Shown: positions 13,601-28,392 of the stretch, piece by piece
Layout: each line of letters opens with the position of its first letter
How positions within the stretch are numbered: the stretch's first letter is position 1
NCBI RefSeq assembly: GCF_009914755.1
Contig: NC_060948.1
DNA length: 64,000 nt
DNA from: the human T2T-CHM13v2.0 reference genome, Homo sapiens
Reading direction: 5' to 3' (one strand)
Program-made: the position numbers and the translations under genes
The notes under the pieces: model-generated
Told to the model about the DNA's origin: nothing
The model's database searches: none
What the model saw: only the letters and a program-made list of their open reading frames with translations

Positions 13601-14176
13601 TGGACAGCAATGGAATGGAAAGGAAGGGATTGGAATGGACTCGAATGGAATGGACTGCAATAGAAAGGATTCGAATGGAATGAAAAAGAATTGAATGGAA
13701 TAGAACAGAATGGAATCAAATCGAATGAAATGGAATGGAATAGAAAGGAATGGAATGAAATGGAATGGAAAGGATTCGAATGGAATGCAATCGAATGGAA
13801 TGGAATCGAACGGAATGGAATAAAATGGAAGAAAACTGGCAAGAAATGGAATCGAAATGAATGGAGTGTTATGGAACGGACTCCAAAGGAATTGAATGTA
13901 ATAGAATGGAGTGGAGTGGACTCGAATATAATGGACTGGAATGGAATGAAATCACATGGAATGGGAACGAATGGAATGGAATGGAAAGGAATGGAATCGA
14001 ATGGAAAGGAATCGAATGGAAGGGAATGAAATTGAATCAACAGGAATGGAAGGGAATAGAATAGACGGTAATGGAATGGACTCGAATAGAATGGACACGA
14101 ATGCTCAAATTGAATGGACTCGAATGGAATGGAAACGAAAGGAATGTCATCGAATGGAATTGAATCGATTGGAATG
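10643..14176 (+). repeat. DYZ1 unit U4, 3534 bp
   Basis: Landmark spacing 10790->14324. Confidence 0.92.
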
Positions 14177-17100
14177 AAATCGCATAGAATGGAGTGGAAT
14201 CAAATGGAATTGAATCGAAAGGAAAGGAAGCGAATGGACTGAAATGAAATGGAATGGAATTGAATGGAAAGTAAAGCAATGGAATAGAATGGAACGAAAT
14301 TTCACGGAATGGAATCAAACTGAATGGAATCAAATCAATGGAATATAATCAAATGGAATGGAAAGGAATTGAATGGAGTAGATGGGATTGGATGGGATTG
14401 GAATGAAATGTACTGGAAAGGACTCGAATTTCATGAAACGGAATGGAATGAATTGGAACGGAATGGACTCGAATGGAATGGAATGTCATGGAATGGCATC
14501 AAATGGAATGGCATCAAATGGAATGGAATCGAATGCAATGGAATGCTATGGAACGGAATGGAATGCATTGGAATGGAATGTCCTCTAATGGAATGGATTC
14601 GAGTGGAATGGAATCGAATATAATGGAGTCGAATGAAATGGAATTGAAAGGAATGGGATCGAATACAATGGAATATACTGGAATGTAATGTAATGAACTC
14701 GAATGTAATTGACTGGAATGGAATGTACATGAATGGAATGTAATCGAATGGAAAGTAATCCAATGGAATAGAATCTAATGCAATAAAATCGACTCAGATA
14801 GAGTAGAATGTAATGGAATGGAGTGCAGTGCAATGGAATGGAATGGAATGGAATGCAATGGAATGGAATGGAATGGGATGGAATGGTATGGAATGGATAG
14901 TAATGGACTGGAGTGAAATGGACTGGAAAGGAATGGACTCAAATTGAAAGGGCTCGAAAGGAATGGAGTCAAATGGAATGGTCTGGAATGGAATGAACAC
15001 GAATGTAATGCAATCCAATAGAATGGAATCGAATGGCATGGAATATAAAGAAATGGAATCGAAGAGAATGGAAACAAACGGAATGGAATTGAATGGAATG
15101 GAATTGAATGGAATGGGATCGAATGGAGTGAAATTGTATGCAGTAGAAGAGAATAGAATGGAATGCAAGCGAAAGGAAAGGAATGGATTGGAATGGAATG
15201 GAATTCATTGGAATGGAAGGGAATGTAGTGTAATGGACAGGCCTGGAATAAAGTGGAATGCTACGGTCTCGAATGGAATAAAAATATATGGAATGGAATG
15301 CAATGAAACGGAATCGAACGTCATAGAATGTAATGGAATGCAAAAAAATGGAATCCAAAATCATTGACTGGAAAGGCTGGGTGTCGAAAGGAATTGACTC
15401 CAATGGAATGGAATCGAATGGAATGGAAGTGAATAGAATCGAACTAAATCGAATGGAATGGAATTGATAGGAATGGAATGGAAAGGAATGAAATGATTTG
15501 GCATGGAATGGAATCGAATGGCATCGAATGGAATGGAATGGAATGCAATGCAATGGAATGTATTAGAATGTAATGAACTTTAATGGAATGTACTCGAATG
15601 GATTCGACTGGAATGGAATGTTCTGGAAGTGAATGGACTCCAATGGAATGGATTGAAAAGGAATGGAATCGTACGGAATGGAATGTAATGGAATGGAATT
15701 AAATGGAAATGAATCAAATTGTATAGCACGGAATTGAATTGAATGGAATCGAATGCAATGGAATCTAATGAAACGGAAAGGAAAGGAATGGAATGGAATG
15801 GAATGGGCTGGAATGGAAAGGAATCGAAACGAATGGAATGGAATCGAACTGAAGAGACTGGAATGGAATGCACTGGAATGGAAGGGAGTGTAATGGAAGG
15901 TTCTCGAAAAAAATGGAATCGAATGGAATGGAATTGAATGGAACGGAATAGAGTCGAATGGAATTGAATGGAATGGAATGGACTAGAGTGAAATGGAATC
16001 GAACCACAAGGAATGGACAGGAATAGAATGGTCTCGAATTGAATGGAATCGTATGGAATGGCATCAAACGGAATGGAATTGACAGCCACGGAATGGAATG
16101 CACTCGAATGCAATGGAGTCGAACCTAATGCACTGGAATAGAATGGACTCGACTGGTACGGACTCCAATGGAATGGAATCGAATGGAAGGGAATCGAACG
16201 GAATGGACTCGAAGGGAAAAGACTGCAATGGAAAGGTCTCGAATGGAATGGAAATTAATGGAATGGAATGGAATCGAATGAAATGGAGTCAAAAGGAATG
16301 GAATCGAATGGCAAGAAATCGAATGTAATGGAATCGCAAGGAATTGATGTGAACGGAACGGAATGGAATGGAATCCAAAGAAATGGAATAGAATGGAATG
16401 GAATCGAATGGAAAGAACTCGAATGGAAATCACTCGAATAGAATGCAATTTAATAAAATAGGATGAAATGTAATTGAATGGAATGGAAAGGAATCGAAAC
16501 GAAAGGAATGGAGACAGATGGAATGGAATGGAACAGAGAGCAATGGTATAGAATGGAATGGAATCATCTGGAATGGAATTGAATGGAATGGAATAATAAG
16601 AAATGGAATGGAATGGAATGGATTGCCTTTGAATTAAATGGACTGGAATGGAATGGACTCGAACAGAGTGGAATGGAATGTGTTGAGATAGAATGGAATG
16701 GACTCCTTTGGAATGGTCTAGTATGCAATGCAATCGACTGGCAGGGAATCAAAAGGAATGTAATCGAATGGATTGGACTGGAATGCAATGGACTCGAATA
16801 GATTGGAAACGGAATGCAAAGGAATGGAATGGAATAGTATGGAATGGAATGGAAAGGAATGGAGTGGAATAGACTAGAGTGGAATGGAATGGACTCGAAA
16901 GCAATGGACTGGAATGGAACTTTCTTGAATGGACTGGAATCAAACGGAATGGAATGCAATGCAATCAAATGGCATGGAATAAAATAGAATGAAAGAGAAT
17001 CAAATGGAATTGAATTGAATGCAATCCAATGGATTGGAAAGGAATAGAATGGAATGGAATGGAATTGACTCAAATGGAATGGACTAGAATGGAATGGATT

Positions 17101-17710
17101 CGAATGGAAGGCAAAGGAATGGAATCTATTGGAATGGACAGCAATGGAATGGAAAGGAAGGGATTGGAATGGACTCGAATGGAATGGACTGCAATAGAAA
17201 GGATTCGAATGGAATGAAAAAGAATTGAATGGAATAGAACAGAATGGAATCAAATCGAATGAAATGGAATGGAATAGAAAGGAATGGAATGAAATGGAAT
17301 GGAAAGGATTCGAATGGAATGCAATCGAATGGAATGGAATCGAACGGAATGGAATAAAATGGAAGAAAACTGGCAAGAAATGGAATCGAAATGAATGGAG
17401 TGTTATGGAACGGACTCCAAAGGAATTGAATGTAATAGAATGGAGTGGAGTGGACTCGAATATAATGGACTGGAATGGAATGAAATCACATGGAATGGGA
17501 ACGAATGGAATGGAATGGAAAGGAATGGAATCGAATGGAAAGGAATCGAATGGAAGGGAATGAAATTGAATCAACAGGAATGGAAGGGAATAGAATAGAC
17601 GGTAATGGAATGGACTCGAATAGAATGGACACGAATGCTCAAATTGAATGGACTCGAATGGAATGGAAACGAAAGGAATGTCATCGAATGGAATTGAATC
17701 GATTGGAATG
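14177..17710 (+). repeat. DYZ1 unit U5, 3534 bp (most divergent unit)
   Basis: Landmark spacing 14324->17858; many private substitutions. Confidence 0.92.
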
Positions 17711-20700
17711 AAATCGCATAGAATGGAGTGGAATCAAATGGAATTGAATCGAAAGGAAAGGAAGCGAATGGACTGAAATGAAATGGAATGGAATTGAATG
17801 GAAAGTAAAGCAATGGAATAGAATGGAACGAAATTTCACGGAATGGAATCAAACTGAATGGAATCAAATCAATGGAATATAATCAAATGGAATGGAAAGG
17901 AATTGAATGGAGTAGATGGGATTGGATGGGATTGGAATGAAATGTACTGGAAAGGACTCGAATTTCATGAAACGGAATGGAATGAATTGGAACGGAATGG
18001 ACTCGAATGGAATGGAATGTCATGGAATGGCATCAAATGGAATGGCATCAAATGGAATGGAATCGAATGCAATGGAATGCTATGGAATGGAATGGAATGC
18101 ATTGGAATGGAATGTCCTCTAATGGAATGGATTCGAGTGGAATGGAATCGAATATAATGGAGTCGAATGAAATGGAATTGAAAGGAATGGGATCGAATAC
18201 AATGGAATATACTGGAATGTAATGTAATGAACTCGAATGTAATTGACTGGAATGGAATGTACATGAATGGAATGTAATCGAATGGAAAGTAATCCAATGG
18301 AATAGAATCTAATGCAATAAAATCGACTCAGATAGATTAGAATGTAATGGAATGGAGTGCAGTGCAATGGAATGGAATGGAATGGAATGCAATGGAATGG
18401 AATGGAATGGGATGGAATGGTATGGAATGGATAGTAATGGACTGGAGTGAAATGGACTGGAAAGGAATGGACTCAAATTGAAAGGGCTCGAAAGGAATGG
18501 AGTCAAATGGAATGGTCTGGAATGGAATGAACACGAATGTAATGCAATCCAATAGAATGGAATCGAATGGCATGGAATATAAAGAAATGCAATCGAAGAG
18601 AATGGAAACAAACGGAATGGAATTGAATGGAATGGAATTGAATGGAATGGGAACGAATGGAGTGAAATTGTATGCAGTAGAAGAGAATAGAATGGAATGC
18701 AAGCGAAAGGAAAGGAATGGATTGGAATGGAATGGAATTCATGGGAATGGAAGGGAATGTAGTGTAATGGACAGGCCTGGAATAAAGTGGAATGCTACGG
18801 TCTCGAATGGAATAAAAATGTATGAAATGGAATGCAAAGAAACGGAATCGAATGTCATAGAATGTAATGGAATGCAAAAAAATGGACTCCAAAATCATTG
18901 ACTGGAAAGGCTGGGTGTCGAAAGGAATTGACTCCAATGGAATGGAATCGAATGGAATGGAAGTGAATAGAATCGAACTAAATTGAATGGAATGGAATTG
19001 ATAGGAACGGAATGGAAAGGAATGAAATGATTTGGCATGGAATGGAATCGAATGGCATCGAATGGAATGGAATGGAATGCAATGCAATGGAATGTATTAG
19101 AATGTAATGAACTTTAATGGAATGTACTCGAATGGATTCGACTGGAATGGAATGTTCTGGAAGTGAATGGACTCCAATGGAATGGATTGAAAAGGAATGG
19201 AATCGTACGGAATGGAATCTAATGGAATGGAATTAAATGGAAATGAATGAAATTGAATAGCACGGAATTGAATTGAATGGAATCGAATGCAATGGAATCT
19301 AATGAAACGGAAAGGAAAGGAATGGAATGGAATGGAACGGGCTGGAATGGAAAGGAATCGAAACGAATGGAATGGAATCGAACTGAAGAGACTGGAATGG
19401 AATGCACTGGAATGGAAGGGAGTGTAATGGAAGGTTCTCGAAAAAAATGGAATCGAATGGAATGGAATTGAATGGAACGGAATAGAGTCGAATGGAATTG
19501 AATGGAATGGAATGGACTAGAGTGAAATGGAATCGAACCACAAGGAATGGACAGGAATAGAATGGTCTCGAATTGAATGGAATCGTATGGAATGGCATCA
19601 AACGGAATGGAATGGACAGCCACGGAATGGAATGCACTCGAATGCAATGGAGTCGAACCTAATGGACTGGAATAGAATGGACTCGACTGGTACGGACTCC
19701 AATGGAATGGAATCGAATGGAAGGGAATCGAACGGAATGGACTCGAAGGGAAAAGACTGCAATGGAAAGGTCTCGAATGGAATGGAAATTAATGGAATGG
19801 AATGGAATCGAATGAAATGGAGTCAAAAGGAATGGAATCGAATGGCAAGAAATCGAATGTAATGGAATCGCAAGGAATTGATGTGAACGGAACGGAATGG
19901 AATGGAATCCAAAGAAATGGAATAGAATGGAATGGAATCGAATGGAAAGAACTCGAATGGAAATCACTCGAATAGAATGCAATTTAATAAAATAGGATGA
20001 AATGTAATGGAATGGAATGGAAAGGAATCGAAACGAAAGGAATGGAGACAGATGGAATGGAATGGAACAGAGAGCAATGGTATAGAATGGAATGGAATCA
20101 TCTGGAATGGAATTGAATGGAATGGAATAATATGAAATGGAATGGAATGGAATGGAATGCCCTTGAATTAAATGGACTGGAATGGAATGGACTCGAACAG
20201 AGTGGAATGGAAAGTGTTGAGATTGAATGGAATGGACTCCTTTGGAATGGTCTAGTATGCAATGCAATGGACTGGCAGGGAATCAAAAGGAATGTAATCG
20301 AATGGATTGGACTGGAATGCAATGGACTCGAATAGATTGGAAACGGAATGCAAAGGAATGGAATGGAATAGTATGGAATGGAATGGAAAGGAATGGAGTG
20401 GAATAGACTAGAGTGGAATGGAATGGACTCGAAAGCAATGGACTGGAATGGAACTTTCTTGAATGGACTGGAATCAAACGGAATGGAATGCAATGCAATC
20501 AAATGGCATGGAATAAAATAGAATGAAAGAGAATCAAATGGAATTGAATCGAATGGAATCGAATGGATTGGAAAGGAATAGAATGGAATGGAATGGAATT
20601 GACTCAAATGGAATGGACTAGAATGGAATGGAATCGAATGGAAGGCAAAGGAATGGAATCTATTGGAATGGACAGCAATGGAATGGAAAGGAAGGGATTG

Positions 20701-21244
20701 GAATGGACTCGAATGGAATGGACTGCAATAGAAAGGATTCGAATGGAATGAAAAAGAATTGAATGGAATAGAACAGAATGGAATCAAATCGAATGAAATG
20801 GAATGGAATAGAAAGGAATGGAATGAAATGGAATGGAAAGGATTCGAATGGAATGCAATCGAATGGAATGGAATCGAACGGAATGGAATAAAATGGAAGA
20901 AAACTGGCAAGAAATGGAATCGAAATGAATGGAGTGTTATGGAACGGACTCCAAAGGAATTGAATGTAATAGAATGGAGTGGAGTGGACTAGAATATAAT
21001 GGACTGGAATGGAATGAAATCACATGGAATGGGAACGAATGGAATGGAATGGAAAGGAATGGAATCGAATGGAAAGGAATCAAATGGAAGGGAATGAAAT
21101 TGAATCAACAGGAATGGAAGGGAATAGAATAGACGGTAATGGAATGGACTCGAATAGAATGGACACGAATGCTCAAATTGAATGGACTCGAATGGAATGG
21201 AAACGAAAGGAATGTCATCGAATGGAATGGAATCGATTGGAATG
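17711..21244 (+). repeat. DYZ1 unit U6, 3534 bp
   Basis: Landmark spacing 17858->21392. Confidence 0.92.
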
Positions 21245-24200
21245 AAATCGCATAGAATGGAGTGGAATCAAATGGAATTGAATCGAAAGGAAAGGAAGCG
21301 AATGGACTGAAATGAAATGGAATGGAATTGAATGGAAAGTAAAGCAATGGAATAGAATGGAACGAAATTTCACGGAATGGAATCAAACTGAATGGAATCA
21401 AATCAATGGAATATAATCAAATGGAATGGAAAGGAATTGAATGGAGTAGATGGGATTGGATGGGATTGGAATGAAATGTACTGGAAAGGACTCGAATTTC
21501 ATGAAACGGAATGGAATGAATTGGAACGGAATGGACTCGAATGGAATGGAATGTCATGGAATGGCATCAAATGGAATGGCATCAAATGGAATGGAATCGA
21601 ATGCAATGGAATGCTATGGAACGGAATGGAATGCATTGGAATGGAATGTCCTCTAATTGAATGGATTCGAGTGGAATGGAATCGAATATAATGGAGTCGA
21701 ATGAAATGGAATTGAAAGGAATGGGATCGAATACAATGGAATATACTGGAATGTAATGTAATGAACTCGAATGTAATTGACTGGAATGGAATGTACATGA
21801 ATGGAATGTAATCGAATGGAAAGTAATCCAATGGAATAGAATCTAATGCAATAAAATCGACTCAGATAGAGTAGAATGTAATGGAATGGAGTGCAGTGCA
21901 ATGGAATGGAATGGAATGGAATGCAATGGAATGGAATGGAATGGGATGGAGTGGTATGGAATGGAATGGAATGGAATGGAATGGGATGGAATGGTATGGA
22001 ATGGATAGTAATGGACTGGAGTGAAATGGACTGGAAAGGAATGGACTCAAATTAAAAGGGCTCGAAAGGAATGGAGTCAAATGGAATGTTCTGGAATGGA
22101 ATGAACACGAATGTAATGCAATCCAATAGAATGGAATCGAATGGCATGGAATATAAAGAAATGTAATCGAAGAGAATGGAAACAAACGGAATGGAATTGA
22201 ATGGAATGGAATTGAATGGAATGGGAACGAATGGAGTGAAATTGTATGCAGTAGAAGAGAATAGAATGGAATGCAAGTGAAAGGAAAGGAATGGATTGGA
22301 ATGGAATGGAATTCATTGGAATGGAAGGGAATGTAGTGTAATGGACAGGCCTGGAATAAAGTGGAATGCTACGGTCTCGAATGGAATAAAAATGTATGGA
22401 ATGGAATGCAATGAAACGGAATCGAATGTCATAGAATGTAATGGAATGCAAAAAAATGGACTCCAAAATCATTGACTGGAAAGGCTGGGTGTCGAAAGGA
22501 ATTGACTCCAATGGAATGGAATCGAATGGAATGGAAGTGAATAGAATCGAACTAAATCGAATGGAATGGAATTGATAGGAACGGAATGGAAAGGAATGAA
22601 ATGATTTGGCATGGAATGGAATCGAATGGCATCGAATGGAATGGAATGGAATGCAATGCAATGGAATGTATTAGAATGTAATGAACTTTAATGGAATGTA
22701 CTCGAATGGATTCGACTGGAATGGAATGTTCTGGAAGTGAATGGACTCCAATGGAATGGATTGAAAAGGAATGGAATCGTACGGAATGGAATCTAATGGA
22801 ATGGAATTAAATGGAAATGAATCAAATTGAATAGCACGGAATTGAATTGAATGGAATCGAATGCAATGGAATCTAATGAAACGGAAAGGAAAGGAATGGA
22901 ATGGAATGGAATGGGCTGGAATGGAAAGGAATCGAAACGAATGGAATGGAATCGAACTGAAGAGACTGGAATGGAATGCACTGGAATGGAAGGGAGTGTA
23001 ATGGAAGGTTCTCGAAAAAAATGGAATCGAATGGAATGGAATTGAATGGAACGGAATAGAGTCGAATGGAATTGAATGGAATGGAATGGACTAGAGTGAA
23101 ATGGAATCGAACCACAAGGAATGGACAGGAATAGAATGGTCTCGAATTGAATGGAATCGTATGGAATGGCATCAAACGGAATGGAATGGACAGCCACGGA
23201 ATGGAATGCACTCGAATGCAATGGAGTCGAACCTAATGGACTGGAACAGAATGGACTCGACTGGTACGGACTCCAATGGAATGGAATCGAATGGAAGGGA
23301 ATCGAACGGAATGGACTCGAAGGGAAAAGACTGCAATGGAAAGGTCTCGAATGGAATGGAAATTAATGGAATGGAATGGAATCGAATGAAATGGAGTCAA
23401 AAGGAATGGAATCGAATGGCAAGAAATCGAATGTAATGGAATCGCAAGGAATTGATGTGAACGGAACGGAATGGAATGGAATCCAAAGAAATGGAATAGA
23501 ATGGAATGGAATCGAATGGAAAGAACTCGAATGGAAATCACTCGAATAGAATGCAATTTAATAAAATAGGATGAAATGTAATGGAATGGAATGGAAAGGA
23601 ATCGAAACGAAAGGAATGGAGACAGATGGAATGGAATGGAACAGAGAGCAATGGTATAGAATGGAATGGAATCATCTGGAATGGAATTGAATGGAATGGA
23701 ATAATATGAAATGGAATGGAATGGAATGGAATGCCCTTGAATTAAATGGACTGGAATGGAATGGACTCGAACAGAGTGGAATGGAAAGTGTTGAGATAGA
23801 ATGGAATGGACTCCTTTGGAATGGTCTAGTATGTAATGCAATAGACTGGCAGGGAATCAAAAGGAATGTAATCGAATGGATTGGACTGGAATGCAATGGA
23901 CTCGAATAGATTGGAAACGGAATGCAAAGGAATGGAATGGAATAGCATGGAATGGAATGGAAAGGAATGGAGTGGAATAGACTAGAGTGGAATGGAATGG
24001 ACTCGAAAGCAATGGACTGGAATGGAACTTTCTTGAATGGACTGGAATCAAACGGAATGGAATGCAATGCAATCAAATGGCATGGAATAAAATAGAATGA
24101 AAGAGAATCAAATGGAATTGAATCGAATGCAATCGAATGGATTGGAAAGGAATAGAATGGAATGGAATGGAATTGACTCAAATGGAATGGACTAGAATGG

Positions 24201-24818
24201 AATGGATTCGAATGGAAGGCAAAGGAATGGAATCTATCGGAATGGACAGCAATGGAATGGAAAGGAAGGGATTGGAATGGACTCGAATGGAATGGACTGC
24301 AATAGAAAGGATTCGAATGGAATGAAAAAGAATTGAATGGAATAGAACAGAATGGAATCAAATCGAATGAAATGGAATGGAATAGAAAGGAATGGAATGA
24401 AATGGAATGGAAAGGATTCGAATGGAATGCAATCGAATGGAATGGAATCGAACGGAATGGAATAAAATGGAAGAAAACTGGCAAGAAATGGAATCGAAAT
24501 GAATGGAGTGTTATGGAACGGACTCCAAAGGAATTGAATGTAATAGAATGGAGTGGAGTGGACTCGAATATAATGGACTGGAATGGAATGAAATCACATG
24601 GAATGGGAACGAATGGAATGGAATGGAAAGGAATGGAATCGAATGGAAAGGAATCGAATGGAAGGGAATGAAATTGAATCAACAGGAATGGAAGGGAATA
24701 GAATAGACGGTAATGGAATGGACTCGAATAGAATGGACACGAATGCTCAAATTGAATGGACTCGAATGGAATGGAAACGAAAGGAATGTCATCGAATGGA
24801 ATGGAATCGATTGGAATG
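21245..24818 (+). repeat. DYZ1 unit U7, 3574 bp (40-bp x2)
   Basis: Landmark spacing 21392->24966. Confidence 0.92.
22083..22097. promoter_or_regulatory. Variant-created fourth HSE motif gGAAtgTTCtgGAAt (also 25657-25671 and 43362-43376)
   Basis: G>T change of the majority allele GGAATGGTCTGGAAT in U7, U8 and U13. Confidence 0.5.
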
Positions 24819-27800
24819 AAATCGCATAGAATGGAGTGGAATCAAATGGAATTGAATCGAAAGGAAAGGAAGCGAATGGACTGAAATGAAATGGAATGGA
24901 ATTGAATGGAAAGTAAAGCAATGGAATAGAATGGAACGAAATTTCACGGAATGGAATCAAACTGAATGGAATCAAATCAATGGAATATAATCAAATGGAA
25001 TGGAAAGGAATTGAATGGAGTAGATGGGATTGGATGGGATTGGAATGAAATGTACTGGAAAGGACTCGAATTTCATGAAACGGAATGGAATGAATTGGAA
25101 CGGAATGGACTCGAATGGAATGGAATGTCATGGAATGGCATCAAATGGAATGGCATCAAATGGAATGGAATCGAATGCAATGGAATGCTATGGAACGGAA
25201 TGGAATGCATTGGAATGGAATGTCCTCTAATTGAATGGATTCGAGTGGAATGGAATCGAATATAATGGAGTCGAATGAAATGGAATTGAAAGGAATGGGA
25301 TCGAATACAATGGAATATACTGGAATGTAATGTAATGAACTCGAATGTAATTGACTGGAATGGAATGTACATGAATGGAATGTAATCGAATGGAAAGTAA
25401 TCCAATGGAATAGAATCTAATGCAATAAAATCGACTCAGATAGAGTAGAATGTAATGGAATGGAGTGCAGTGCAATGGAATGGAATGGAATGGAATGCAA
25501 TGGAATGGAATGGAATGGGATGGAGTGGTATGGAATGGAATGGAATGGAATGGAATGGGATGGAATGGTATGGAATGGATAGTAATGGACTGGAGTGAAA
25601 TGGACTGGAAAGGAATGGACTCAAATTAAAAGGGCTCGAAAGGAATGGAGTCAAATGGAATGTTCTGGAATGGAATGAACACGAATGTAATGCAATCCAA
25701 TAGAATGGAATCGAATGGCATGGAATATAAAGAAATGTAATCGAAGAGAATGGAAACAAACGGAATGGAATTGAATGGAATGGAATTGAATGGAATGGGA
25801 ACGAATGGAGTGAAATTGTATGCAGTAGAAGAGAATAGAATGGAATGCAAGTGAAAGGAAAGGAATGGATTGGAATGGAATGGAATTCATTGGAATGGAA
25901 GGGAATGTAGTGTAATGGACAGGCCTGGAATAAAGTGGAATGCTACGGTCTCGAATGGAATAAAAATGTATGGAATGGAATGCAATGAAACGGAATCGAA
26001 TGTCATAGAATGTAATGGAATGCAAAAAAATGGACTCCAAAATCATTGACTGGAAAGGCTGGGTGTCGAAAGGAATTGACTCCAATGGAATGGAATCGAA
26101 TGGAATGGAAGTGAATAGAATCGAACTAAATCGAATGGAATGGAATTGATAGGAACGGAATGGAAAGGAATGAAATGATTTGGCATGGAATGGAATCGAA
26201 TGGCATCGAATGGAATGGAATGGAATGCAATGCAATGGAATGTATTAGAATGTAATGAACTTTAATGGAATGTACTCGAATGGATTCGACTGGAATGGAA
26301 TGTTCTGGAAGTGAATGGACTCCAATGGAATGGATTGAAAAGGAATGGAATCGTACGGAATGGAATCTAATGGAATGGAATTAAATGGAAATGAATCAAA
26401 TTGAATAGCACGGAATTGAATTGAATGGAATCGAATGCAATGGAATCTAATGAAACGGAAAGGAAAGGAATGGAATGGAATGGAATGGGCTGGAATGGAA
26501 AGGAATCGAAACGAATGGAATGGAATCGAACTGAAGAGACTGGAATGGAATGCACTGGAATGGAAGGGAGTGTAATGGAAGGTTCTCGAAAAAAATGGAA
26601 TCGAATGGAATGGAATTGAATGGAACGGAATAGAGTCGAATGGAATTGAATGGAATGGAATGGACTAGAGTGAAATGGAATCGAACCACAAGGAATGGAC
26701 AGGAATAGAATGGTCTCGAATTGAATGGAATCGTATGGAATGGCATCAAACGGAATGGAATGGACAGCCACGGAATGGAATGCACTCGAATGCAATGGAG
26801 TCGAAACTAATGGACTGGAATAGAATGGACTCGACTGGTACGGACTCCAATGGAATGGAATCGAATGGAAGGGAATCGAACGGAATGGACTCGAAGGGAA
26901 AAGACTGCAATGGAAAGGTCTCGAATGGAATGGAAATTAATGGAATGGAATGGAATCGAATGAAATGGAGTCAAAAGGAATGGAATCGAATGGCAAGAAA
27001 TCGAATGTAATGGAATCGCAAGGAATTGATGTGAACGGAACGGAATGGAATGGAATCCAAAGAAATGGAATAGAATGGAATGGAATCGAATGGAAAGAAC
27101 TCGAATGGAAATCACTCGAATAGAATGCAATTTAATAAAATAGGATGAAATGTAATGGAATGGAATGGAAAGGAATCGAAACGAAAGGAATGGAGACAGA
27201 TGGAATGGAATGGAACAGAGAGCAATGGTATAGAATGGAATGGAATCATCTGGAATGGAATTGAATGGAATGGAATAATATGAAATGGAATGGAATGGAA
27301 TGGAATGCCCTTGAATTAAATGGACTGGAATGGAATGGACTCGAACAGAGTGGAATGGAAAGTGTTGAGATAGAATGGAATGGACTCCTTTGGAATGGTC
27401 TAGTATGTAATGCAATAGACTGGCAGGGAATCAAAAGGAATGTAATCGAATGGATTGGACTGGAATGCAATGGACTCGAATAGATTGGAAACGGAATGCA
27501 AAGGAATGGAATGGAATAGCATGGAATGGAATGGAAAGGAATGGAGTGGAATAGACTAGAGTGGAATGGAATGGACTCGAAAGCAATGGACTGGAATGGA
27601 ACTTTCTTGAATGGACTGGAATCAAACGGAATGGAATGCAATGCAATCAAATGGCATGGAATAAAATAGAATGAAAGAGAATCAAATGGAATTGAATCGA
27701 ATGCAATCGAATGGATTGGAAAGGAATAGAATGGAATGGAATGGAATTGACTCAAATGGAATGGACTAGAATGGAATGGATTCGAATGGAAGGCAAAGGA

Positions 27801-28392
27801 ATGGAATCTATCGGAATGGACAGCAATGGAATGGAAAGGAAGGGATTGGAATGGACTCGAATGGAATGGACTGCAATAGAAAGGATTCGAATGGAATGAA
27901 AAAGAATTGAATGGAATAGAACAGAATGGAATCAAATCGAATGAAATGGAATGGAATAGAAAGGAATGGAATGAAATGGAATGGAAAGGATTCGAATGGA
28001 ATGCAATCGAATGGAATGGAATCGAACGGAATGGAATAAAATGGAAGAAAACTGGCAAGAAATGGAATCGAAATGAATGGAGTGTTATGGAACGGACTCC
28101 AAAGGAATTGAATGTAATAGAATGGAGTGGAGTGGACTCGAATATAATGGACTGGAATGGAATGAAATCACATGGAATGGGAACGAATGGAATGGAATGG
28201 AAAGGAATGGAATCGAATGGAAAGGAATCGAATGGAAGGGAATGAAATTGAATCAACAGGAATGGAAGGGAATAGAATAGACGGTAATGGAATGGACTCG
28301 AATAGAATGGACACGAATGCTCAAATTGAATGGACTCGAATGGAATGGAAACGAAAGGAATGTCATCGAATGGAATTGAATCGATTGGAATG
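24819..28392 (+). repeat. DYZ1 unit U8, 3574 bp (40-bp x2), near copy of U7
   Basis: Landmark spacing 24966->28540. Confidence 0.92.
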
